Shown here in pieces: positions 41,785 through 50,835 of a DNA stretch of 64,000 nt. The stretch's first letter is position 1. Every line of letters starts with the position of its first letter. A program made the position numbers and the translations under genes. Under the pieces are notes generated by a model. That model did not search any database, was not told the origin of the DNA, and saw only the letters and a program-made list of their open reading frames with translations. The DNA is from Escherichia coli (GTDB taxonomy: Bacteria > Pseudomonadota > Gammaproteobacteria > Enterobacterales > Enterobacteriaceae). Location: NCBI RefSeq assembly GCF_051903065.1, contig NZ_CP178438.1; one strand, 5' to 3'.

Positions 41785-42060
41785 GTGGCTTCTGTTTCTA
41801 TCAGCTGTCCCTCCTGTTCAGCTACTGACGGGGTGGTGCGTAACGGCAAAAGCACCGCCGGACATCAGCGCTATCTCTGCTCTCACTGCCGTAAAACATG
41901 GCAACTGCAGTTCACTTACACCGCTTCTCAACCCGGTACGCACCAGAAAATCATTGATATGGCCATGAATGGCGTTGGATGCCGGGCAACAGCCCGCATT
42001 ATGGGCGTTGGCCTCAACACGATTTTACGTCACTTAAAAAACTCAGGCCGCAGTCGGTAA
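41785..42060 (+). CDS. insA: IS1 InsA (transposition inhibitor / N-terminal part of transposase)
   Basis: 91 aa [43 protein letters not shown]... (GTG start). Confidence 0.93.
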
Positions 42061-42482
42061 CCTCGCGCATACAGCCGGGCAGTGACGTCATCGTCTGCGC
42101 GGAAATGGACGAACAGTGGGGCTATGTCGGGGCTAAATCGCGCCAGCGCTGGCTGTTTTACGCGTATGACAGGCTCCGGAAGACGGTTGTTGCGCACGTA
42201 TTCGGTGAACGCACTATGGCGACGCTGGGGCGTCTTATGAGCCTGCTGTCACCCTTTGACGTGGTGATATGGATGACGGATGGCTGGCCGCTGTATGAAT
42301 CCCGCCTGAAGGGAAAGCTGCACGTAATCAGCAAGCGATATACGCAGCGAATTGAGCGGCATAACCTGAATCTGAGGCAGCACCTGGCACGGCTGGGACG
42401 GAAGTCGCTGTCGTTCTCAAAATCGGTGGAGCTGCATGACAAAGTCATCGGGCATTATCTGAACATAAAACACTATCAATAA
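41979..42482 (+). CDS. insB: IS1 InsB frame (transposase InsAB' made by -1 frameshift at the A-run near 42036-42041)
   Basis: 167-aa -1 frame ORF overlapping the insA 3' end; slippery ttaaaaaac motif present. Confidence 0.9.
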
Positions 42483-42497
42483 GTTGGAGTCATTACC

Positions 42498-42506
42498 GAG
42501 CAGGCA
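42498..42506. repeat. IS1 target-site duplication, right copy (GAGCAGGCA)
   Basis: Identical 9-mer to 41721-41729. Confidence 0.8.
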
Positions 42507-42865
42507 ATGGCCACCGTTTATCTAACAGTGGCCATTTGATTTGAGGAAATGATGAAACATTATTCAGAAAATTAATTTAAAAAAACCATTCCTTAAGTCA
42601 AATATATATAAACGCCGAATAGCGATTAAATCCTTCTCAAAGAATGCACTGATAACATTGTGTTATTTTTATTGCCTCATTTTTCTCACTCACTTATAGT
42701 TGGTCCCTGCTGGCAGTAATTTAGTCATTTCAGAGATTTTTACTCTGATGTGCACTTACTGACTTATCTCACAAGTAATTTTTTCTCTAAATAAAGAATA
42801 GTGATGCCAGCAATTACAGTTAAAACTTGCTTTACTCGTAAAAACAATACTTTAATGGGGTTCTA

Positions 42866-43255
42866 ATGAGACATTACATGAAATGGTTTGCGGCTATTGC
42901 TGTTGTGGGTGCTTTAGCGGGTTGCGCGCGTACTGCGCCAATTGATCAGGTTCACTCAACCGTCAGCGCTGGTCATACCCAGGAACAAGTGAAAAAAGCG
43001 ATTCTGAAAGCTGGCGTTGAACGCAAATGGATTATGTCCGAAGCCGGACAAGGCATAATTAAAGCACGTCAACAGTCACGCGATCATTCAGCGGAAATAC
43101 GCATTAACTACACGGCATCCAGCTACGATATCAATTATGAAAATAGCCAGAACCTTCAAGCGTCAGGCGGACAAATTCATAAAAACTACAATCGCTGGGT
43201 CCGCAATCTCGACAAAGATATTCAACTGAATTTGTCAGCGGGCGCAGATTTATAA
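42866..43255 (+). CDS. small lipoprotein (first gene of the polyene-type cluster)
   Basis: 129 aa, signal peptide with lipobox MKWFAAIAVVGALAGC; alternative start ATG 42878. Confidence 0.75.
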   Translation: MRHYMKWFAAIAVVGALAGCARTAPIDQVHSTVSAGHTQEQVKKAILKAGVERKWIMSEAGQGIIKARQQSRDHSAEIRINYTASSYDINYENSQNLQASGGQIHKNYNRWVRNLDKDIQLNLSAGADL

Positions 43256-43314
43256 TTCCTCCTAAAGTCGGGCCGTTGCGGTCCGATAATAATTTAATTC
43301 CCTCTTAACAGGTT

Positions 43315-44382
43315 GTGCCCAACATGTACGAACAGGATTCTCTTAGCGCACTGGATGCGATTACCGAAGCTCAACGCATTGCCTTTGCCCCTATGCTTTT
43401 TCAAACAGCACTCTGCCTACGTAATGCGGGTGTACTTTCATATCTGGATCGGCAAGGCAAACATGGCGCAACGCTGGCTGATATCACCGAACATAGCCAT
43501 ATCAACGAATATGCTGCCAGCGTTCTGTTAGATATGGGCTTAAGCGGGCGAATTATTACCTGTAAAGAGGGAATTTATTACCTGGCGAAAATCGGTCATT
43601 ACCTCCTGCATGACACTATGACTCGCGTGAATATGGATTTCACCCAGGATGTCTGTTACCAGGGGCTCTTCTTCCTCGCCGATTCACTCAATGAAGGAAA
43701 ACCTTCCGGGTTAAAAGTATTTGGCGACTGGTCGACGATATATCCGGCACTTTCGCAATTACCAGACGCCGCTCGTGAAAGCTGGTTTGCGTTTGATCAT
43801 TACTATTCAGATGGCGCATTTAACGCCGCACTGCCTTATGTATTCGCCAACAACCCCACAACATTGTACGATGTAGGCGGCAATACGGGTAAGTGGGCTT
43901 TGCGTTGCTGCAAATACAATGAAAACATCGCCGTGACGTTATTAGATCTGCCACAACAAATCGTACTAGCGAAAGAAAATATCGCGAATGCAGGTTTTTC
44001 TGATCGCATAGATTTCCATGCGGTGGATATGCTAAGCGATGCCCCATTACCGGGCGAGGCTGATATCTGGTGGATGAGCCAATTTTTAGACTGTTTTTCA
44101 CCCGAACAAATAATTAGCATACTCAGCAAAATTGCCAGCGTAATGAAGCCTGGCGCAAAAGTTTGCATCATGGAGTTGTTCTGGGATGCGCAGCGGTTTG
44201 AAGCAGCATCGTTTAGCCTGAACGCGTCCTCACTTTATTTTACCTGCATGGCAAACGGTAACAGCCGTTTCTATAGTGCAGAGAAATTTTACGACTATCT
44301 GAATAAAGCAGGATTCCAGGTAGCAGAGCGCCACGATAATTTAGGCGTTGGGCATACACTTTTGATATGCCAAAAGAAATAA
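43315..44382 (+). CDS. class I SAM-dependent (O-)methyltransferase
   Basis: 355 aa; SAM-binding motif LYDVGGNTGKWAL; GTG start at 43315, alternative ATG at 43324. Confidence 0.8.
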   Translation: MPNMYEQDSLSALDAITEAQRIAFAPMLFQTALCLRNAGVLSYLDRQGKHGATLADITEHSHINEYAASVLLDMGLSGRIITCKEGIYYLAKIGHYLLHDTMTRVNMDFTQDVCYQGLFFLADSLNEGKPSGLKVFGDWSTIYPALSQLPDAARESWFAFDHYYSDGAFNAALPYVFANNPTTLYDVGGNTGKWALRCCKYNENIAVTLLDLPQQIVLAKENIANAGFSDRIDFHAVDMLSDAPLPGEADIWWMSQFLDCFSPEQIISILSKIASVMKPGAKVCIMELFWDAQRFEAASFSLNASSLYFTCMANGNSRFYSAEKFYDYLNKAGFQVAERHDNLGVGHTLLICQKK

Positions 44383-44422
44383 TCGTCACTTAATAATTTT
44401 GGTTTACCGCGGGCGCGCGTTG

Positions 44423-45145
44423 ATGAAATTTACATTAAATATTACCGACTGGCAGGCACTGGCGCCTGGACTTAGCGAAGCGCAGCAATGGCAAGCATGG
44501 TCGCGCCAGCCGTGGGCGATTGACCCTGCCGCGCCGTTGGCAAAATTAAGTGAACTGCCAATGATGACCGCCCGCCGCCTCAGTTCAGGCAGCAAACTGG
44601 CTGTTGAATGCGGTCTGGCAATGCTACGCCGCCATCAGCCAGACGCCGTTTTGTATACCAGTCGTCATGGCGAACTGGAGCGCAATTACCGCATTGTTCA
44701 TGCACTGGCAACCGAACAGGCGCTTTCTCCGACCGACTTCGCGCTCTCCGTACACAACTCTTCCGTGGGTAACCTGACCATTGCGGCCAAACAGCCGATC
44801 GTTTCGTCATCGCTTTCGGCTGGTCGCGACACTTTCCAGCAAGGTTTGTGTGAAGTGCTTAGCCTGTTACAAGCGGGATACCAGCGCGTGCTGATGGTCG
44901 ATTTTGACGGTTTCCTGCCCGAGTTTTATCACCCACAACTGCCATCAGAAATGCCGACCTGGCCGTACGCCGTCGCGCTGGTGATTGAAGCTGGCGATGA
45001 GTGGCAATGTGAAACGCAGTCAGCCATTGCGGGCAATGAAACAACACTGCCGCAAAGCATGTTGTTTTTACAGCACTATTTACAAAATGTAGACACATTT
45101 TCACTGCCTGGCGAGCGCGTGCAATGGCGCTGGAGCCACAGATGA
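44423..45145 (+). CDS. ketosynthase-like protein lacking the active-site Cys (chain-length-factor-like KS partner)
   Basis: ORF 44399..45145 (TTG in track); ATG at 44423 gives MKFTLNITDWQALAPG...; about 240 aa, thiolase-like N-terminal half without a C-x-S-S catalytic motif. Confidence 0.7.
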   Translation: MKFTLNITDWQALAPGLSEAQQWQAWSRQPWAIDPAAPLAKLSELPMMTARRLSSGSKLAVECGLAMLRRHQPDAVLYTSRHGELERNYRIVHALATEQALSPTDFALSVHNSSVGNLTIAAKQPIVSSSLSAGRDTFQQGLCEVLSLLQAGYQRVLMVDFDGFLPEFYHPQLPSEMPTWPYAVALVIEAGDEWQCETQSAIAGNETTLPQSMLFLQHYLQNVDTFSLPGERVQWRWSHR

Positions 45146-45963
45146 GTAAGCTGATGTCACGTCTGGAGTGGACCTGGCGACTGGTCATGACCGGGTTATG
45201 TTTTGCCCTGTTTGGTCTCGGCGGCCTGCTGCTTTCTGTCGTGTGGTTTAACATATTGTTAGTTTTGGTGTGGGATACTTCCCGCCGCCGTCGTTTGGCG
45301 CGTCGCAGCATTGCCGCCAGTTTTCGCCTGTTTTTAACTGTCGCGAAAGGGCTTGGCGTGCTGGATTATCGTATTGATGGCGCTGAAATTTTACGTCAGG
45401 AACGCGGTTGCCTCGTCGTAGCCAATCATCCCACGCTGATCGATTACGTGCTGCTGGCGTCAGTCATGCCAGAAACTGACTGCCTGGTGAAAAGCGCACT
45501 GTTAAAAAATCCTTTTCTTGGCGGCGTCGTGCGGGCGGCAGATTATTTAATCAACAGCGAAGCTGAAACCCTGTTACCCCGCTGCCAACAGCGACTGGCA
45601 CAGGGTGACACTATCCTGATTTTCCCCGAAGGCACACGAACGAAGCCCGGTGAAAAAATGACGCTGCAGCGCGGGGCGGCGAATATTGCCGTGCGCTGCG
45701 CCAGCGATTTACGCATCGTGACAATCGGCTGTAGCGAGCATCTGCTGGATAAACAAAGTAAATGGTATGACGTTCCACCTGACCGGCCGTTTTTTACGGT
45801 TGCAGTCCATGGTCGGGTTGAAATCAATAAATTTTACGATGCAACTTCACAAGAACCGGCGCTGGCAGCAAGGCAGTTAAACCGGCATCTTTTGCTTCAA
45901 TTACAACAAGGTTGTTTACCTCTCTCAGGAATAAATAATGCAAGCGCTTTATCTGGAAATTAA
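45142..45963 (+). CDS. PlsC-type (lysophospholipid) acyltransferase
   Basis: ORF 45124..45963; start at ATG 45142 forms an ATGA overlap with the upstream stop; motifs NHPTLIDYVLL (H-x4-D) and IFPEGTRT. Confidence 0.8.
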   Translation: MSKLMSRLEWTWRLVMTGLCFALFGLGGLLLSVVWFNILLVLVWDTSRRRRLARRSIAASFRLFLTVAKGLGVLDYRIDGAEILRQERGCLVVANHPTLIDYVLLASVMPETDCLVKSALLKNPFLGGVVRAADYLINSEAETLLPRCQQRLAQGDTILIFPEGTRTKPGEKMTLQRGAANIAVRCASDLRIVTIGCSEHLLDKQSKWYDVPPDRPFFTVAVHGRVEINKFYDATSQEPALAARQLNRHLLLQLQQGCLPLSGINNASALSGN

Positions 45964-46195
45964 AAACCTCATCATCAGCACCCTCAATCTGGACGAGTTG
46001 ACGCCTGATGATATCGATACCGACGCGCCGCTGTTTGGCGACGGTTTAGGGCTGGACTCTATCGATGCCCTGGAACTGGGACTGGCAGTAAAAAATGAGT
46101 ACGGCATCGTGCTCTCTGCGGAAAGCGAAGAGATGCGTCAGCACTTTTTCTCCGTCGCCACTCTGGCCTCTTTCATTGCTGCGCAACGTGCCTGA
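45938..46195 (+). CDS. acyl carrier protein 1
   Basis: 85 aa; phosphopantetheine-attachment motif GLGLDSIDALELG; SD agga 7 nt upstream. Confidence 0.88.
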   Translation: MQALYLEIKNLIISTLNLDELTPDDIDTDAPLFGDGLGLDSIDALELGLAVKNEYGIVLSAESEEMRQHFFSVATLASFIAAQRA

Positions 46196-46206
46196 GGAAA
46201 GCCATC

Positions 46207-46458
46207 ATGACAGAACAACAAACCGTCTATCAGGAAGTCTCAGCCCTGCTGGTTAAGCTGTTTGAAATCGATCCGCAGGACATCAAACCTGAAGCGCGCC
46301 TGTACGAAGATCTGGAACTGGACAGCATCGACGCCGTTGACATGATTGTGCACCTGCAAAAGAAAACCGGTAAGAAAATCAAGCCGGAAGAGTTTAAAGC
46401 AGTGCGTACAGTCCAGGATGTCGTCGAGGCTGTAGAACGCCTGCTACAAGAAGCCTGA
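46207..46458 (+). CDS. acyl carrier protein 2
   Basis: 83 aa; motif DLELDSIDAVDMI; SD gagga upstream. Confidence 0.88.
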   Translation: MTEQQTVYQEVSALLVKLFEIDPQDIKPEARLYEDLELDSIDAVDMIVHLQKKTGKKIKPEEFKAVRTVQDVVEAVERLLQEA

Positions 46459-46462
46459 TCTG

Positions 46463-47044
46463 ATGTCGGGCATTCGCTCGCTACCGATGATTAAGCTGCT
46501 GACTGGATTATTGCTGCTCGCCTGGCCGTTTGTGATTTGGTTTGGCTTAGCGCATAACGGCCTGCACTGGCTGTTACCGCTAATGGCGTTGCTGCTTTTG
46601 TTGCGTCTGCGCCAGACCCGTCGCCAGGCGGGGCCTTTACAAGCCGTCACGCAACTCGTCGCTGTCGTGGGCATCGCATTATGTGTCGCCAGCTTTATGT
46701 TGAAAACGCACCAGCTACTGCTGTTTTACCCGGTAGTGGTTAACGCGGTCATGCTGGCGGTTTTTGGCGGTTCGCTGTGGTCGGCAATGCCGATAGTTGA
46801 GCGGCTGGCGCGGTTGCAGGAGCCAGACCTCCCGGAAAAGGGCGTGCGCTATACCCGCCACGTCACGCAAATCTGGTGCGGCTTTTTCATCATTAACGGT
46901 GGAATTGCCCTCTTTACCGCGCTTTATGCCGATATGTCGTTATGGACCGCCTGGAACGGCATGATTGCTTATTTGTTGATGGGGACGTTAATGGCTGGTG
47001 AATGGCTGGTGCGCCGCCAGGTTATGAAAAGAGATCGCGCATGA
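46463..47044 (+). CDS. hypothetical integral membrane protein
   Basis: 193 aa, about 4-5 hydrophobic helices (LLTGLLLLAWPFVIWFGLAH...). Confidence 0.7.
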   Translation: MSGIRSLPMIKLLTGLLLLAWPFVIWFGLAHNGLHWLLPLMALLLLLRLRQTRRQAGPLQAVTQLVAVVGIALCVASFMLKTHQLLLFYPVVVNAVMLAVFGGSLWSAMPIVERLARLQEPDLPEKGVRYTRHVTQIWCGFFIINGGIALFTALYADMSLWTAWNGMIAYLLMGTLMAGEWLVRRQVMKRDRA

Positions 47045-48402
47045 AGCAGACCTTACCGCTTGCACGCTGGCTGACTGCGCCACGCCCTGATGACACACCC
47101 ATTGCGTGGCTGAACGAAAGTACCTGGACGCTGGGCGATTTGCGTCACGATGTCGCGCAACTTATCTGCCGCTTGCAGCAACAGCCGGGTGAACGCTGGG
47201 CGCTGTGCTTTGAGAACAGCTATCTGTTTATCGTTGCCCTGCTCGCCACGCTACACGCCGGAAAAACGCCGGTGCTTCCGGGGCATAACCGTGTTATCCA
47301 GCTTAACGAGCAACGTGAACTTTTTGATGGTGTGCTTAGCGACAGCGAACTTAACTGGCAAGGTTCATTGCTGTTGGTAGCAAGTTCCCCACAAGTCGCG
47401 ACACAATCCTTCACCTTTGCCGCTATAGCGCCAGAGGCTTATATCGAGCTGTTTACCTCCGGTTCCACGGGACAGCCGAAACGGGTGATTAAACCTGTTC
47501 ATTTGCTGGACCGTGAAGCAGAACTGCTGGCTGAACGATTAGGCGCACGTCTGGCGGATTGTCGTGTCATCGGTTCCGTATTGCCGCAGCATTTGTACGG
47601 CCTGACTTTTCGCGTTTTCCTGCCCATGGCGCTGGGATTACCCCTACATGCCGCCATGCTCTGGTATGTCGAACAGTTTGCCGCGTTGAGTCATCAGCAT
47701 CGCTATATCTTCATCAGCAGCCCGGCATTTTTGAAGCGTCTGGATACACAGCTTTCCCCACCGCCCGTTCAGGTGCTTCTCTCTGCTGGCGGTGAGCTAC
47801 CGTGGCAGGATGTACAACACACCGCGAGCTGGCTGCGCGTCTGGCCTGATGAAATCTACGGCAGCACGGAAACCGGCGTCATCGCCTGGCGCTACCGCGA
47901 ACAAGAGCAACGCCGCTGGCTACCCCTCCCAGGTATGCAGTTCCAGGCCGAAGGCGATGCCTTTCGCCTCTTTTCACCGCTGATAGCGGAAGATAACGGC
48001 CTGTTACTCGACGATATCTTACAGTTTAGCGAAGATGGTCAGTTCCATCTGATGGGGCGTCGTGGGCGCATCGTTAAGATTGAAGAAAAACGTATTTCAC
48101 TCCAGGAAGTAGAACAACGTCTACTGGCGCTGGACGGCATTCGCGAGGCGGCGGCAGTTCCCGTTACGCGCGGCGGGCGTCAGAGCATAGGCGTTTTGCT
48201 GGTGCTGGATGACGAAGCTCATCTGCAATGGCAGAACGGCGGCGGGCATAGCCAGGAAATGACCTGGCGGCGTTTACTGCGCCCGACGCTGGAGCCAGTT
48301 GCTATTCCGCGTTACTGGCGCGTTATTGATGAAATGCCAGTAAACAGTATGAACAAGCGTGTCTATGCGCAATTACAGGAGTTATTTCATGAAGCCCCAT
48401 GA
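47041..48402 (+). CDS. adenylate-forming enzyme (AMP-dependent synthetase/ligase; probable starter-acid:ACP ligase)
   Basis: ORF 47002..48402; start at ATG 47041 (ATGA overlap with upstream stop); AMP-binding motifs FTSGSTGQPKRV and YGSTETG. Confidence 0.82.
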   Translation: MKQTLPLARWLTAPRPDDTPIAWLNESTWTLGDLRHDVAQLICRLQQQPGERWALCFENSYLFIVALLATLHAGKTPVLPGHNRVIQLNEQRELFDGVLSDSELNWQGSLLLVASSPQVATQSFTFAAIAPEAYIELFTSGSTGQPKRVIKPVHLLDREAELLAERLGARLADCRVIGSVLPQHLYGLTFRVFLPMALGLPLHAAMLWYVEQFAALSHQHRYIFISSPAFLKRLDTQLSPPPVQVLLSAGGELPWQDVQHTASWLRVWPDEIYGSTETGVIAWRYREQEQRRWLPLPGMQFQAEGDAFRLFSPLIAEDNGLLLDDILQFSEDGQFHLMGRRGRIVKIEEKRISLQEVEQRLLALDGIREAAAVPVTRGGRQSIGVLLVLDDEAHLQWQNGGGHSQEMTWRRLLRPTLEPVAIPRYWRVIDEMPVNSMNKRVYAQLQELFHEAP

Positions 48403-48742
48403 AATCGAGCGCCATCAGGCACAAACGAATCACCTTGAAATTGTTCTGCATCTCAGGGCGGATCTGTTCTGGTTTCGCGGTCATTTTGCCGTGCAACCAT
48501 TACTCCCAGGAGTTGCGCAAATCGATTGGGCGATGAGCTACGCGCTCAATCTGCTCGCGCCTGGCTGGCGTTTTCACTCCATTCAGAACATAAAATTCCA
48601 GTCTCCGTTGCTGCCGGAAAACCGCGTCACGCTCGCGCTTAACTGGCAGGAAGAACGCCAGATTCTGAGCTTTAGCTATCAGCGTCACGACGGTGACGCC
48701 CGCCACACCGCCAGTAGCGGGAAGATACGCCTATGTCGGTAA
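48389..48742 (+). CDS. FabZ/FabA-like hotdog-fold 3-hydroxyacyl-ACP dehydratase
   Basis: ORF 48359..48742; start ATG 48389 with SD aggag 8 nt upstream; motif FRGHFAVQPLLPGVAQIDWAM resembles FabZ GHFP..P..PGVL..EA.AQ. Confidence 0.78.
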   Translation: MKPHEIERHQAQTNHLEIVLHLRADLFWFRGHFAVQPLLPGVAQIDWAMSYALNLLAPGWRFHSIQNIKFQSPLLPENRVTLALNWQEERQILSFSYQRHDGDARHTASSGKIRLCR

Positions 48743-50409
48743 ACTTTTCTCCCTGCGTGTTGATCCCCTGCTACAACCACGGCGCGATGATGCCGGGCGT
48801 GCTGGCGCGTCTTAAGCCATTTAATCTGCCCTGTATTGTGGTGGACGACGGCAGCGATGCCGCCACGCAACAGCAACTGGACAGTCTGCTTGCCGAACAG
48901 CCTGGCGTGACCTTAATCCGCCTGGCAGAAAACGCAGGCAAAGGCGCGGCAGTGATGCGTGGCTTACAGGCAGCGGCAGACGCAGGGTTCAGCCATGCGG
49001 TGCAGGTGGATGCTGACGGTCAACATGCGATTGAAGATATCCCCAAACTGCTGGCACTCGCTGAACAACACCCTGCGGCGCTGATCTCCGGCCAGCCAAT
49101 TTACGATGACTCCATCCCCCGCTCACGGCTTTACGGGCGCTGGGTCACCCACGTCTGGGTATGGATCGAAACGCTCTCCCTGCAACTGAAAGACAGCATG
49201 TGCGGCTTTCGCGTTTATCCGGTTGCGCCAACGCTGCAACTGGCAAAACACGCCACCATCGGCAAGCGGATGGATTTCGACACTGAAGTGATGGTGCGCC
49301 TCTACTGGCAGGGAAACACCAGCTATTTCGTGCCGACCCGCGTCACCTATCCACTGGACGGGCTTTCGCATTTTGATGCCCTGAAAGATAACGTCCGCAT
49401 CTCGCTCATGCACACGCGTCTGTTTTTCGGCATGTTGCCGCGTATTCCTTCACTACTGATGCGCCGCTCTTCCAGCCACTGGGCGCGGCAGAGTGAAGTG
49501 AAAGGATTATGGGGAATGCGCCTGATGCTGCTGGTCTGGCGTCTGCTGGGAAGAACGGCGTTTAGCGCGCTGCTTTACCCGGTGGTGGGCGTCTACTGGC
49601 TCACTGCTGCTCGTGCGCGCAAAGCGTCGCAAGACTGGCTCGCCCGTGTACGACAGCATCAACCACAGGCGGCAAAACTCAACAGCTATCAGCACTTTCT
49701 ACGTTTCGGTAATGCCATGCTCGACAAAATCGCCAGCTGGCGCGGCGAGCTACAACTGGGGCACGATGTGCTGTTTGCGCCAGGCGCAGAAGCGGCGCTT
49801 GACGTCAGCGATCCGCGCGGCAAATTGCTGCTGGCCTCGCATCTTGGCGATGTGGAAGTGTGCCGGGCGCTGGCAAAAATTCAGGGCTACAAAACCATTA
49901 ACGCGCTGGTGTTTAGCGAAAACGCCCAACGCTTTAAACAGATAATGCAGGAGATGGCTCCTCAGGCAGGTATTAACCTGATGCCGGTAACAGATATCGG
50001 CCCGGAAACCGCCATCCTGCTGAAAGAGAAGCTGGATAACGGCGAATGGGTGGCGATTGTCGGTGACCGCATCGCCGTCACCCCGCAACGCGGCGGCGAC
50101 TGGCGCGTCTGCTGGAGTCCGTTTATGGGCCAGCCTGCGCCCTTCCCACAGGGGCCGTTTATTCTCGCGTCTATTTTGCGCTGCCCGGTGAATCTGATTT
50201 TCGCCCTGCGCCAGCGCGGCAAGCTGCATATTCACTGCGAAACCTTTGCCGACCCGCTGCTGTTGCCGCGTGGCGAACGCCAACAGGCGCTGCAAAACGC
50301 TATCGACCACTACGCCGCGCGTCTGGAACATTACGCGCTCCAGTCGCCCCTCGACTGGTTTAATTTTTTCGATTTCTGGCAACTGCCGGAAATTCAGGAC
50401 AAGGAGTAA
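48733..50409 (+). CDS. two-domain protein: N-terminal GT2-family glycosyltransferase plus C-terminal domain of uncertain (possibly acyltransferase-like) function
   Basis: 558 aa; GT-A motifs VLIPCYNHG, VVDDGSDA, QVDADGQH in the first about 250 aa; C-terminal half not confidently assigned by eye. Confidence 0.75.
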   Translation: MSVNFSPCVLIPCYNHGAMMPGVLARLKPFNLPCIVVDDGSDAATQQQLDSLLAEQPGVTLIRLAENAGKGAAVMRGLQAAADAGFSHAVQVDADGQHAIEDIPKLLALAEQHPAALISGQPIYDDSIPRSRLYGRWVTHVWVWIETLSLQLKDSMCGFRVYPVAPTLQLAKHATIGKRMDFDTEVMVRLYWQGNTSYFVPTRVTYPLDGLSHFDALKDNVRISLMHTRLFFGMLPRIPSLLMRRSSSHWARQSEVKGLWGMRLMLLVWRLLGRTAFSALLYPVVGVYWLTAARARKASQDWLARVRQHQPQAAKLNSYQHFLRFGNAMLDKIASWRGELQLGHDVLFAPGAEAALDVSDPRGKLLLASHLGDVEVCRALAKIQGYKTINALVFSENAQRFKQIMQEMAPQAGINLMPVTDIGPETAILLKEKLDNGEWVAIVGDRIAVTPQRGGDWRVCWSPFMGQPAPFPQGPFILASILRCPVNLIFALRQRGKLHIHCETFADPLLLPRGERQQALQNAIDHYAARLEHYALQSPLDWFNFFDFWQLPEIQDKE

Positions 50410-50412
50410 AGG

Positions 50413-50835
50413 GTGCTTAACGATCCCCGATTTACCGCTGAAGTCGAGCTGACCATTCCCTTTCACGACGTCGATATGATGGGCGTGGCCTGGCACGGTA
50501 ACTATTTTCGCTACTTTGAAGTGGCCCGCGAGGCGCTGCTCAACCAGTTCAATTACGGCTATCGGCAGATGAAAGAGTCCGGTTATTTGTGGCCAGTGGT
50601 CGATGCGCGGGTGAAATATCGCCACGCTCTCACCTTTGAGCAACGCATCCGCGTGCGTGCGCATATCGAAGAGTTCGAAAACCGTCTGCGGATTGGCTAT
50701 CAGATTTTCGATGCCGAAACGGGCAAACGCGCCACCACCGGATACACCATTCAGGTCGCGGTCGACGAGCAAAGCCGCGAACTGTGCTTTGTCAGCCCCG
50801 ATATTCTGTTTGAACGCATGGGAGTCAAACCATGA
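50413..50835 (+). CDS. hotdog-fold acyl-(ACP/CoA) thioesterase (4HBT-like)
   Basis: 140 aa; GTG start 50413 with SD aaggag 6 nt upstream; MLNDPRFTAEVELTIPFHDVDMMGVAWHGNYFRYFE... typical 4HBT/YbgC-like N-terminus. Confidence 0.75.
   Translation: MLNDPRFTAEVELTIPFHDVDMMGVAWHGNYFRYFEVAREALLNQFNYGYRQMKESGYLWPVVDARVKYRHALTFEQRIRVRAHIEEFENRLRIGYQIFDAETGKRATTGYTIQVAVDEQSRELCFVSPDILFERMGVKP

Larger units (their letters stand above)
41730..42497 (+). mobile_element. insertion sequence IS1 (768 bp, complete)
   Basis: Ends GGTGATGCTGCCAACTTACTGAT ... ATCAATAAGTTGGAGTCATTACC (IS1 terminal inverted repeats); insA at element positions 56-331 and insB at 250-753; flanked by 9-bp direct repeats. Confidence 0.93.
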
